This document shows positions 18,215-27,285 of a DNA stretch of 32,000 bases, one piece after another (the first letter of the stretch is position 1; each line of letters opens with the position of its first letter). Location: the NCBI RefSeq assembly GCF_018336915.1, contig NZ_CP064923.1, positions 1,140,001 through 1,172,000 on the forward strand, in the 5' to 3' direction. The notes below the pieces were generated by a model, which was given only the letters and a program-made list of their open reading frames with translations, had not been told where the DNA came from and did not search any database. A program made the position numbers and the translations under genes. Source of the stretch: Acaryochloris marina S15. Lineage in GTDB: Bacteria > Cyanobacteriota > Cyanobacteriia > Thermosynechococcales > Thermosynechococcaceae.

Positions 18215-19536
18215 GTCAGCTGACTTTCCGCTTTCTCGGGAAGTTTCACAATAATTTGATTGCGGCCATTGACTTTGGCCTCATAGAGAGCTGCATCCGC
18301 AACCGCCACCAAGTTCGTCGGGTGATAAATCGGTTGGGGAACGGTACTAGCAACGCCAATACTCAAGGTGACGTGATCGGCCACCTCCGACTGCAAATGC
18401 TCAATCTGCAAATCGAGCATGGCCCGCTGGATTTTCTCTGCTACCAGGCAGGCCTGTTTATGATCTGTATTGGGCATGATTACTGCAAACTCTTCTCCCC
18501 CATACCGAGTCGCTAAGTCCCCCGTCCGCCTGACATTGGCATTAATCGCACGGGCAATTTTTTGGAGGCAGTGATCCCCCGCTTGATGGCCATAGGCATC
18601 ATTAAAAAGCTTGAAATAATCGGCATCACACATAATTAGGGCCAAAGGTCTCTGTTGGCGCTGCATCCGCCGCCATTCTTGCTCCAACACCTGATCAAAA
18701 CACCGCCGATTAGCTAGTTCAGTCAAGCCATCCAGATGGGCAAGGCGATTCAAGGCAGCGGTCTTGGCCTCGACCTTAGATTGCAAAATTTGATTGCTAT
18801 TTTGTAAATAACTAATCACCAGGATGAGACTTGTGACTGCCAGACAACCAATTACAATCAACGTGGTCCAGATACTCTTTAATCCTTCTTGAGCCTGGGC
18901 AACAAAGGCATCAATGGGCTGCGTGATTTCTATAACCCCGCGCACATCACCCACCTGCCAATCGGTTTTAGGACTACCCGGCCAAGTGTTATGACACTTG
19001 ACACAGCTCGGTTCCATTTGGACGGCTTCGGCATAGCGAAACAAGAGGTGCTCCTTCTCCTTCGCTTTTTGGTAGTAGAAGCCAGTCGGATCTTGCTGTA
19101 AATACTTCAGAGCCTTCTGTTCAAAGACATTTTGGGGCCCCCCTGATCCTTGACGATTGGGAAAAGGATAGTCACTAAATAAGCGAAAAGATAGACCGCT
19201 TTCCGATTGGCTGACCCGCTCTCCTAATTCAATCGTAAAAGTTGCGGGTACTGGGATGCCACCCGTTATTTGATGGTACTCAGGACTTGCCGTCACACTG
19301 TCTACATCGTCCAAACGCCCCACCACAGACTGGCTGTAAAGGAGCCACGCTTCCTTGACCGTATTCACAGAAACGCGCGCATGTTGAAGCGCTTGGGCAT
19401 CCACTAAATCTGCCGACAACTCAAAGGTGCCAGAGAGGGCAACCCCCGTCCCAATGCAGAGCAGTAGCACTAGGATTAGCGCTATCCGTTGATACAACCA
19501 GAGTGTTAGCTTCCGAAACCGCTGCAAATTAGACAA
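18211..19536 (-). CDS. Diguanylate cyclase (GGDEF) with N-terminal TM-flanked Tll0287-like/DUF3365 haem-c sensor domain
   Basis: GGEEF active site ([11 protein letters not shown]). Periplasmic-type domain between two TM helices with CXXCH (SCVKCHN) followed by GDVRGVIEI, as in DUF3365. Its 3' end overlaps pheT by 4 nt (convergent). Confidence 0.88.
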   Translation of the reverse strand: MSNLQRFRKLTLWLYQRIALILVLLLCIGTGVALSGTFELSADLVDAQALQHARVSVNTVKEAWLLYSQSVVGRLDDVDSVTASPEYHQITGGIPVPATFTIELGERVSQSESGLSFRLFSDYPFPNRQGSGGPQNVFEQKALKYLQQDPTGFYYQKAKEKEHLLFRYAEAVQMEPSCVKCHNTWPGSPKTDWQVGDVRGVIEITQPIDAFVAQAQEGLKSIWTTLIVIGCLAVTSLILVISYLQNSNQILQSKVEAKTAALNRLAHLDGLTELANRRCFDQVLEQEWRRMQRQQRPLALIMCDADYFKLFNDAYGHQAGDHCLQKIARAINANVRRTGDLATRYGGEEFAVIMPNTDHKQACLVAEKIQRAMLDLQIEHLQSEVADHVTLSIGVASTVPQPIYHPTNLVAVADAALYEAKVNGRNQIIVKLPEKAESQLT

Positions 19537-20002
19537 GCCCCCAAAAGTTCAGCCTGCAGAGATAGCAAAGACAAACCTCAACTTAGTGATGACACCGAAC
19601 TTTTCCGATTCACAGCAATCACTTAAGGGAAAATAATGCAGAGTATAACCAATCGTTTACTGCTAGATTAGACGTCTTCAAGATGTCTGTAGTCTTGGCT
19701 GTTACTGACTAAAAATAGCGGAATAACACCCAGACTAGGTATCAAACAGTTCCTCAATGGTTAGATATAAAGCTCACCTGTTAATACCCATTAATTATAA
19801 AGACCGATTCGCCCAAATGCCCCATCAAACAGAGAAATTAGCGAATAAATATATCCCTTTCTTTCTGTCTAGAAATTAAAATACTTGAAGATCGCAATTT
19901 ACTCTTGCAGTAAGAATTTGATCATAATCGAGCTCACAGACAGCTTTATCTTCGCCACGCTAGGCTAGAGACAGTATCCGCACCAGATATTTGGGAGACC
20001 AT

Positions 20003-20812
20003 ATGGCAGTGAAAACTAGCGTTTTTTCTCACGTCCTTTCACCTTCTACAAGGCGATATCGCATCTCTCGCCTCGTAACAGTGTTGGCAGGGCTATGGGT
20101 AATCGGTAGTGTCCTGTGGAGTCCAACGAGCCACTATGCAGAGGCTCTAGCAGGCGTTGCTTATACTGATCCCGCCATTTACCAAGAGAAGTCGGGATAT
20201 AGCCTAGATGGAATTAATAAAGTCTATATGGGGCGAGAAATTGCCCAAGTCATGGGCCATCAAGGAGCTGGATGGCTAGAGCGATCGGGGCGGGCCAGCA
20301 GTGAACAGCCTCGACGCTTAGTGGAAGCCCTCAACTTAAGCCCTAAGGATGTGGTGGCTGATATTGGGGCTGGGACAGGTTACATGAGTTTTCGGATGAC
20401 GCCCCTACTCCCGGAAGGCAAGGTGCTAGCCGTAGATCTCCAGCCAGAGATGGTGGAAATCCTCAACTATTTCAAGGAAGAACGCCAAATTGATAATTTA
20501 GAGGCAGTTTTGGGGGCCGAACAGAGCCCTAATTTGCCTGACAAGAGTGTCGATTTAGTACTGATGGTGGATGCCTATCACGAGTTTGCCTTTCCCAACG
20601 AAATGATGACCGGCATTGTTAAAGCTCTGAAGCCAGGGGGCAGAGTGGTATTAGCGGAGTATCGGGCTGAAAACCCGCTGGTGATGATTAAGCCGTTGCA
20701 CAAGATGACGCAAAAGCAGGTCCGCAAAGAGATGCTAAACGTGGGCTTAGTGTGGCAAGAAACTAAGAATCTATTGCCCCAACAACATCTGATGTTTTTT
20801 GAGGCGGCTTAG
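20003..20812 (+). CDS. Class I SAM-dependent methyltransferase with N-terminal membrane anchor/signal
   Basis: Motif I VADIGAGTGYMS, later DLVLMVDAYHEF and LKPGGRVV. ATG at 20003; the ORF track starts at TTG 19991. Confidence 0.85.
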   Translation: MAVKTSVFSHVLSPSTRRYRISRLVTVLAGLWVIGSVLWSPTSHYAEALAGVAYTDPAIYQEKSGYSLDGINKVYMGREIAQVMGHQGAGWLERSGRASSEQPRRLVEALNLSPKDVVADIGAGTGYMSFRMTPLLPEGKVLAVDLQPEMVEILNYFKEERQIDNLEAVLGAEQSPNLPDKSVDLVLMVDAYHEFAFPNEMMTGIVKALKPGGRVVLAEYRAENPLVMIKPLHKMTQKQVRKEMLNVGLVWQETKNLLPQQHLMFFEAA

Positions 20813-20852
20813 GGTCTGATCTGGGGGTGCGATCGCAAACCCAGATCAGACC
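20813..20852 (+). terminator. HIP1-centred hairpin immediately after the methyltransferase stop
   Basis: Perfect 13-bp arms ggtctgatctggg (20813-20825) / cccagatcagacc (20840-20852). The loop contains GCGATCGC. There is no clear U-tract. Confidence 0.4.
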
Positions 20853-20942
20853 ATCTCCACTGTTGAAGTGATCCCACTCATGACGTCTGAGAACGAACAT
20901 GCCAAGATAGGGCTGAGAGTCGGGCATTGGAGTCCACCATTT

Positions 20943-22259
20943 ATGCGTCTACAAGTTCAGGGTGTATGGGTCTGTATTGGGATCTTGCTAGGGGTACAAT
21001 CAGCATCTGCCCAGTCTGCTATCCCCAATAGTTCTGTATCGGTTTTGCAGCAGGACGAAACTGCAAACGCTCCTAAACATCCTGGTGTTGCCAAACTGAG
21101 GGCGCAAGGTCCGGCCGGACTACACCGTTTTTTGAAAGACCATGCCCAGGAATTGAAATCTACGGCTGAACTGCCTGCTCCATTCCTAAGGAGACAGCTC
21201 GATGCCCTCTGCCAGCAGAGAGACTGCCATGCATCCCAGCTCTATTGGCATAGGAATTTTGCCAAAGCTCAAGCAGAAGCCAAGACCAGCAATAAACCCA
21301 TATTGTCTTTGCGGTTATTGGGAAATTTGGATGAAGAACTGAGCTGTGCCAATAGCCGATTCTTCCGGGTGGCGCTGTATCCCAATGCCGAGGTTTCCCA
21401 ATATTTACGCGAACGGTTTGTGCTGCATTGGGAGTCTGTCCGCCCTGCCCCGGTTATGACCATCGATTTTGGAGATGGTCGCCAACTCAAGCGCACCGTC
21501 ACGGGCAACAGCATCCACTATGTGCTGGATGCCGAAGGTCGCCCCCTAGAAGCCTTACCTGGCCTCTATGGTCCCCAAGCCTTCCTGCAGCAATTACAGC
21601 GAGCTGACACTCTATGGCAGCAAACTGTAACCCTGACAGGGCAAGACCGCCAACAGGCCCTGCAAACCTATCATCAACAGCGACTGGAAACGATTCAAGC
21701 CGATTGGGTTCAAGATCTACAAACAGCGGGAATCAAAGATGTTCCGGTCCTGAGAAAGCTGCCAGATGGCACGACACCGACGGCAGTGGATGCTGCCCCC
21801 ATTGCCATCACCAAGTCCCTGGTGGAGATTCCCTTAGTGTCTTCGTCTATGAATCTCTCTATTTTGGCCAACCAAAATCGCACCCAACTCAGCGAAGCCA
21901 CTCAACCTCAGACCTGGGGGAAATTGGCGGCCTTCCAGGCCGATCGAGCACGGCTGGATCAGAATAGCAAAGTGCTAATGCAGAGCAAGAACAACGCCTA
22001 CCGTTCCCCTGAGCAGTTGGCCAAAACGGTACAAAGCTTTGAGCAAGCGATGGCTATCGATACGGTCCGCAACGAGTATCTACTGCATTCGCGCCTGCAT
22101 CAATGGTTTGTGGAGAGAAACCAAACAGAATCGATTTCACAACTGAATGAAAAGGTCTATGCCGAGTTATTTCTAACACCGAGTTCTGATCCCTGGTTGG
22201 GATTGGTATCACCGGATATCTACAGTGGAATTGAGGGGGATGGGATCGAGCTTCAGTAG
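20943..22259 (+). CDS. Secreted hypothetical protein
   Basis: Long ORF. The Met at 20943 gives a plausible signal peptide MRLQVQGVWVCIGILLGVQSASAQS; the ORF track starts at 20868. No motif I can assign. Confidence 0.7.
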   Translation: MRLQVQGVWVCIGILLGVQSASAQSAIPNSSVSVLQQDETANAPKHPGVAKLRAQGPAGLHRFLKDHAQELKSTAELPAPFLRRQLDALCQQRDCHASQLYWHRNFAKAQAEAKTSNKPILSLRLLGNLDEELSCANSRFFRVALYPNAEVSQYLRERFVLHWESVRPAPVMTIDFGDGRQLKRTVTGNSIHYVLDAEGRPLEALPGLYGPQAFLQQLQRADTLWQQTVTLTGQDRQQALQTYHQQRLETIQADWVQDLQTAGIKDVPVLRKLPDGTTPTAVDAAPIAITKSLVEIPLVSSSMNLSILANQNRTQLSEATQPQTWGKLAAFQADRARLDQNSKVLMQSKNNAYRSPEQLAKTVQSFEQAMAIDTVRNEYLLHSRLHQWFVERNQTESISQLNEKVYAELFLTPSSDPWLGLVSPDIYSGIEGDGIELQ

Positions 22260-22693
22260 TCTGCTTGAGACCGAGGCCACAGCATCGCCAACCCTCGCTG
22301 ACCGTATCCAAGGATGGCCAAGACGGTCTGTCTCATGCTGCGAGGATGGAAGCCTGCCCAAGCATTAAAGCCTAGGCACACCATGGCGATGGTGAACAGA
22401 ATATAGGTGGGAGCCATAATCACACCGATGATGAGCCAAGACAGATCGTGAAGCGCTAACAAGACTGCTGCCAAGCTAGAGAATCCAATACTGATGTGAA
22501 TGGATCGAGGCGAATGGTCTCGGCTCACCTTATAAACGCTTAAGGCTGTGGACAAAATATTGATGGGGACTAGGGATGCACAAATGCCAACACAGTTGCA
22601 TCGGGAGAAGTCGAGAAGAGCGTTAAAACTAAGCATGTTCATCGTTCTATCATGTTTAAGAGATCGATGCTGCGAATTGCAAAAGCTAAGCAA
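22253..22693 (-). CDS. Small integral membrane protein (hypothetical)
   Basis: 146-aa ORF with 3-4 hydrophobic segments. The start is uncertain (internal Met at MNMLSF). Convergent 7-nt overlap with the preceding gene. Confidence 0.5.
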   Translation of the reverse strand: MLSFCNSQHRSLKHDRTMNMLSFNALLDFSRCNCVGICASLVPINILSTALSVYKVSRDHSPRSIHISIGFSSLAAVLLALHDLSWLIIGVIMAPTYILFTIAMVCLGFNAWAGFHPRSMRQTVLAILGYGQRGLAMLWPRSQADY

Positions 22694-22749
22694 TAATACT
22701 TAATCTGCGTTGATTCCCATAGTCCTAGATTTCGGTGAGGTAATCCCTG

Positions 22750-23127
22750 ATGAGTTCGTCCCCAACCTTAGGCCCAATCCATCCCCTGGTTCCCGCTGGA
22801 GAGGATTTGGAGCCTGCGATTGCATTCTACGAACAGAAACTCGGATTCAAGGTCATCCACCGGGAAGGAGATCCCCTCAGACTGGCGGTGGTTCAACGGG
22901 ATATGTCCGTCATCTATCTGTGCAAAAACAGCTATCAAAATTTGGGCAGTCCCACCAGCTTAAGAATCCAGGTCAACGATATTGACCAACTGTTTGCTGA
23001 GTATGAAGCGAAAGATGAAAGCATCGTCCGGGAAAAACTGGCAGTCAAACCCTGGGGACCGAAAGAATTTGTGGTTTATGACCCAGTCGGTGGTTGCTTA
23101 ACATTTTTTGCCATGCCTGGTAATTAG
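22750..23127 (+). CDS. VOC-family protein (glyoxalase / bleomycin-resistance-like)
   Basis: 125 aa. The pattern AIAFYEQKLGFKVIH...RIQVNDIDQLFAEY...PWGPKEFVVYDPVGGCLTF is typical of the small bleomycin-resistance/glyoxalase fold. Confidence 0.75.
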   Translation: MSSSPTLGPIHPLVPAGEDLEPAIAFYEQKLGFKVIHREGDPLRLAVVQRDMSVIYLCKNSYQNLGSPTSLRIQVNDIDQLFAEYEAKDESIVREKLAVKPWGPKEFVVYDPVGGCLTFFAMPGN

Positions 23128-23256
23128 CCTTCCTAAAAAGGGCTTGGCATACAAAGCAAGATGGACACACCTGAATCATGAGGTGTGGGGGCAAACCACC
23201 CGACATGCCGCAAGACTGAGTTAAACAAGCTAGATTTCTAGAGGTAACAGTGCTGC

Positions 23257-23865
23257 ATGCTAGGTTTACCCTTCGTTCATTGGTTAGTCATCCTCAGTGT
23301 ACTGATCAGTACAGCCGGTGCCTTCGCCTATATTCGCGACACCTTATCAGGTAAGACCCAGCCGAACCGGGTGTCCTGGTCCATGTGGGCCTTGTCCCCT
23401 CTGATTAGTACCGCAGCGGCATTGTCAGCAGGCGCTGATGGTTGGGCCACTCTTCGCATTTTTATTGCTGGCTTACTGCCCCTGCTGATCTTTTTCGCTT
23501 CATTCATCAACCAGCGCAGCTACTGGAAAATGGGGGTCTTTGACTTGAGCTGTGGTGCGTTCTCACTGCTGGCGGTGATTTTATGGGCTGCGATCGCATC
23601 TCCGCAACTGGCAATTCTCTGTGCCATCATCGGCGATATTTTTGCCTCTTTTCCGACGTTAATTAAGACCTGGAAATACCCAAACACCGAGACAGGCGCT
23701 ATGTTTTTTGCCAGTCTCCTCAGCGTGTTATTGGTTCTGCCCTCAATTCCCGTGTGGAATATTGCGAATGCCGCCTTTCAGATTCACTTATTGATTATGA
23801 GTTCACTGCTGCTATTTGCTGTCTACCGCAAACCCATTCAGAGACGATTTCACTTTTCCAAATAA
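23257..23865 (+). CDS. Polytopic membrane protein (hypothetical, ~6 TM)
   Basis: 202-aa ORF that is hydrophobic throughout. No recognisable catalytic motif. Confidence 0.6.
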   Translation: MLGLPFVHWLVILSVLISTAGAFAYIRDTLSGKTQPNRVSWSMWALSPLISTAAALSAGADGWATLRIFIAGLLPLLIFFASFINQRSYWKMGVFDLSCGAFSLLAVILWAAIASPQLAILCAIIGDIFASFPTLIKTWKYPNTETGAMFFASLLSVLLVLPSIPVWNIANAAFQIHLLIMSSLLLFAVYRKPIQRRFHFSK

Positions 23866-24229
23866 TAGCTGTTTTACACCTTCCAGAATTATTGGTCCAT
23901 TTTTCAAAATTTATATCGAATAATTCTTGAGTTTCCAGTAAGGGAAGGTCTCGATTCTCTTGCAAGCTTTTTCTGTGAATGTGAATACAAAACACTATTT
24001 TAAGAGTAGGTGAGTTACGTTCTTTATCAGGAACCAGAGCTATCAAGATGAGAAGTATAACGCTAACTCTATGGCATTTTTGACTAACAGATACAGTTTC
24101 TGAATGACTTAACCTCCCTCAACCGAGTTAAACTTATTCGAAGTGGAAAAGGCAAATCAAAATGTCGATTTATGCCACAATTTGGGACGCCATCGTTATG
24201 CGACGATGCAAGCTAGGATTCAGAATAAA

Positions 24230-25351
24230 ATGACAAAACGTTTTCGCATCGCACTTTCATTTGCAGGAGAAAAAAGGGATTTTGTTGTCCGAATGGCGCA
24301 TGTCCTTGCAGATCGCTTTAGCGCAGACCAAATTCTTTATGATAAGTTTCACGAAGGAGAATTTGCCTGTAGTAATCTCGCCTTTCATCTTCCCTCGCTT
24401 TACCAGAATGAAGCCGATCTGGTCGTTGCTATCCTGTGCAATAACTACAGCGAAAAAGAGTGGTGTGGCCTTGAGTGGAACGCTATATATAGTCTGATCA
24501 AACAGGGTAATGTAAAACAAGTCATGCTTTTACGCTTTGACAGGGTCGAACCTGCAGAATTGTTCGGTCTTGCTGGTTTTGTTGATCTGGATGATAAGAC
24601 ACCAGAAGAAACAGCTGCACTTATTCTCAGTCGCCTTGCGATTAATAAAGGGCAAAAGAAGGATTACTATCTTTCGACAAACTCTATAGATCTTGATTGG
24701 CCTGATGTCACCCCTGTGCTTGACTGGCCTGTGGCAAATCATCGTGAAGCGAAGCTTGCTTTTGCAAAGCTAATTACGCATAGAGCACCATTCAGAATAC
24801 TTCCCATCTACGGTCCGACAGAAATAGGCAAGACTCACTTAACAAAGCAGTTTCTCCGACATGCATTTAAAATTCCGGGATTAACTTGCGGACGCCTAGA
24901 CTTCAAAGGCTCTACAGACATAGACACAGAACTGCGGATTTTTGCACAGAACCTCAAGGTTGAGACCCCATCTGGTAGTGTTGTCAGTCAACTTTCTCAA
25001 ATCTTTACTTCCCTCCAAAAGATAGCGCGTCCCACTCTCCTTATTTTCGACACGTTTGAGATGGCTGGAGAAGCAGAGAACTGGATGCAACAAAGTCTAC
25101 TCCTCTCCATCATTCGCGAAACTTGGCTACGTGTTATCGTAGTTGGCCAACAACCATTGAAAGTGCATGGAGAACCCTGGGATGGAGCAAGTGCCTCACC
25201 CATAAAGCTTAGCGTACCTAATCCAGAAGAATGGTTTGAGTTCGGCCAGACTTACAAGCCGAACCTCACGCTTGAGTTTGTTCGCCAAGCTCATGATTAC
25301 GCTGGCGGCAAGAGTGCGATACTTGCCCAACTGATAGGGCCTTCGGAGTAA
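24230..25351 (+). CDS. TIR-domain protein fused to a STAND-like P-loop NTPase domain
   Basis: N-terminal bacterial TIR pattern FRIALSFAGEKRDFV...ILYDKF...LVVAILCNNYSEKEWCGLEW, with the putative catalytic Glu codon at 24473-24475. Walker A GPTEIGKT (24812-24835). Walker B LLIFDTFE. STAND-like IKLSVPNPEEWFEF. The longest ORF starts at GTG 24143; ATG 24230 sits just before the TIR core. Confidence 0.85.
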   Translation: MTKRFRIALSFAGEKRDFVVRMAHVLADRFSADQILYDKFHEGEFACSNLAFHLPSLYQNEADLVVAILCNNYSEKEWCGLEWNAIYSLIKQGNVKQVMLLRFDRVEPAELFGLAGFVDLDDKTPEETAALILSRLAINKGQKKDYYLSTNSIDLDWPDVTPVLDWPVANHREAKLAFAKLITHRAPFRILPIYGPTEIGKTHLTKQFLRHAFKIPGLTCGRLDFKGSTDIDTELRIFAQNLKVETPSGSVVSQLSQIFTSLQKIARPTLLIFDTFEMAGEAENWMQQSLLLSIIRETWLRVIVVGQQPLKVHGEPWDGASASPIKLSVPNPEEWFEFGQTYKPNLTLEFVRQAHDYAGGKSAILAQLIGPSE

Positions 25352-25356
25352 CCCCC

Positions 25357-26958
25357 ATGAACTTCACTGAACAACTCCGTATTCTCAAAAATGCACAAGG
25401 TGACCCAGCAGCTCTCGTTCTTGCTAGTGTCGATATCGCCTATTTCACACTTACTGAGCCACAGCGTCAATCAATTAAACAGGCATTAATCGCTGCTGCT
25501 ATCCCGCACTGGTGTGATTCCGACCTGCTTGTGGCTCTGCTGGACACAACACCTGATAAGGGAGACATCTTATTCGATTATTTGCGCAAACTCACAGTTA
25601 TTGAACCCTTTCCTGCACGTGGAGAGAAAGCCATGAACGTTCACGAGTCTGCTCGCCTGACCTTGCGGGATTATTTGCGGAAGACAGACCCCGCTCGCTG
25701 GGTTCAACTTTCCACAAATGCCTGGAACTACTTAAACGAACACACTGAGACTCATGCTCGGATCGAAGCACTCTACCACTTGTTTGCGACCGATCAAATA
25801 GCTGCTGCAGCCGAATGCGAACTGCTAACTCAGGAAATCACACATTCTATGCAGCCTGAGAATACTACTGCACTCTCCCTTGCTCTGGAGGAACTAGCTA
25901 ATGCCAGCTGGCTCAAAGGAGCAGCCCGAGTGGAAGCACTACTAGCCACTTTTGAAGTTCGTAGTTTGCGCGGAGACACTGCCCAACTGGAGGATCAAGC
26001 GCTTCAAGTTATGAATCTTGCTCATGCAACATCCCGTCAATCAGGAATTTCCCGGGCACAGTGCCTTCTAGGAGACATCTACCAAACAAAAGGACGACTG
26101 GATGATGCGCTCAAAGCATTCAATGAATACCTCTCTATCTGTCAGAATCTGACTTCAGCCGATCCGTCTAACGCAAAATGGCAGCGTGATCTCGGCGTCG
26201 CGTATGCGAGGACCGGAGACATCTACCAAACAAAAGGACGACTAGATGATGCGCTCAAGGCATTCAATGAATACCTTTCTATCTGTCAGAATCTGATTTC
26301 AGCCGATCCGTCTAACGCAGTATGGCGGCGTGATCTCGGCGTCGCGTATGCGAGGACCGGAGACATTTACCAAACAAAAGGACGACTAGATGATGCGCTC
26401 AAGGCATTCAATGAATACCTTTCTATCTGTCAGAATCTGATTTCAGCCGATCCATCTAACGTAAAATGGCAACGTGATCTCGGCTTCGCGTATGTGAGAA
26501 CTGGAGACATCTACCAAACAACAGGACGATTGGATGATGCGCTCAAGGCATTCAATGAATATCTCTCTATCTTTCAGAATCTGACTTCAGCCGATCCGTC
26601 TAACGCAAAATGGCAGCGTGATCTCGGCGTCGCGTATTCGAGGACCGGAGACATCTACCAAACAATAGGACGACTGGATGATGCGCTCAAGGCATTCAAT
26701 GAATACCTTTCTATCTTTCAGAACCTGACTTCAGCCGATCCGTCTAACGCAGTATGGCAGCGTGAACTCGGCGTCGCGTATTCGAGGATCGGAGACATCT
26801 ACCAAACCCAAGGACGACTGGATGATGCACTCAAGGCATTCAATGAAGACCTCTCTATCTTTCAGAACCTGACTTCAGCCGATCCGTCTAACGCAGCATG
26901 GCAGCGTGAACTCGCTGTCGCGCATGCGAGGATCGGAGGCATCTATAAGGCCCTCTAA
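25357..26958 (+). CDS. Helical + TPR-repeat protein (sensor-arm half of the split STAND module)
   Basis: Starts 5 nt after the stop of the TIR-NTPase gene, with GGAG 9 nt upstream of the ATG. The N-terminal ~235 aa are helical. Six-plus 48-aa repeats follow (GDIYQTKGRLDDALKAFNEYLSICQNLTSADPSNAKWQRDLGVAYART), of the DPSN..WQRDL type common in bacterial NB-ARC/TPR proteins. Confidence 0.85.
   Translation: MNFTEQLRILKNAQGDPAALVLASVDIAYFTLTEPQRQSIKQALIAAAIPHWCDSDLLVALLDTTPDKGDILFDYLRKLTVIEPFPARGEKAMNVHESARLTLRDYLRKTDPARWVQLSTNAWNYLNEHTETHARIEALYHLFATDQIAAAAECELLTQEITHSMQPENTTALSLALEELANASWLKGAARVEALLATFEVRSLRGDTAQLEDQALQVMNLAHATSRQSGISRAQCLLGDIYQTKGRLDDALKAFNEYLSICQNLTSADPSNAKWQRDLGVAYARTGDIYQTKGRLDDALKAFNEYLSICQNLISADPSNAVWRRDLGVAYARTGDIYQTKGRLDDALKAFNEYLSICQNLISADPSNVKWQRDLGFAYVRTGDIYQTTGRLDDALKAFNEYLSIFQNLTSADPSNAKWQRDLGVAYSRTGDIYQTIGRLDDALKAFNEYLSIFQNLTSADPSNAVWQRELGVAYSRIGDIYQTQGRLDDALKAFNEDLSIFQNLTSADPSNAAWQRELAVAHARIGGIYKAL
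26071..26958 (+). repeat. Tandem 144-bp coding repeats (6 full units plus a partial one)
   Basis: Units start at 26071, 26215, 26359, 26503, 26647, 26791 and 26935. Units 1 and 2 differ at 7 of 144 nt by hand count. Confidence 0.9.
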
Positions 26959-27273
26959 TAGTATTACCTGTAGTTATAGAATCTGCGATTGAAGCTCTAA
27001 TAAATAATCCAGACTAACGCCAGCTATAAACTCTCGCTTTTACTGTTGATGACAACAACAGGATGGATCGAATCAACAGGATGACAATCCATCTACAGCA
27101 GATTTAAAGCTTTCAAACTCCGACGGGTCACTTCTGCCCGAGCGGGTAAATCTTTCTGATCATTGATATCGAGATTGGTGGCAAAAAAATAGACATTATC
27201 ATTTTGCTCTAAGTAACCGACATACCAACCAATGCCAGGCTGCAGTGCCCAACCCGTCTTCGCTCGGATGGTG

Positions 27274-27285
27274 TACTCAGGGGTT
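27274..27285. repeat. Target-site duplication, left copy (tactcaggggtt)
   Basis: Identical 12-mer at 28770-28781, directly abutting the IS inverted repeats. Confidence 0.85.

Noticed and set aside
23795-24046. 83-aa minus-strand ORF in the AT-rich gap before the TIR gene
   Set aside because: It overlaps the 3' end of the 23257-23865 gene, has AT-rich random-looking composition and carries no motif.
24257-25203. Several 65-87-aa ORFs on both strands inside the TIR-NTPase gene
   Set aside because: They are out-of-frame or antisense ORFs favoured by the AT-rich sequence. The TIR and Walker motifs define the real frame.
26071-26958. Regular 144-bp periodicity as a possible CRISPR array or satellite
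   Set aside because: The units are contiguous with no spacers, in frame, and encode a TPR-type helical hairpin. This is a protein repeat, not a CRISPR array.
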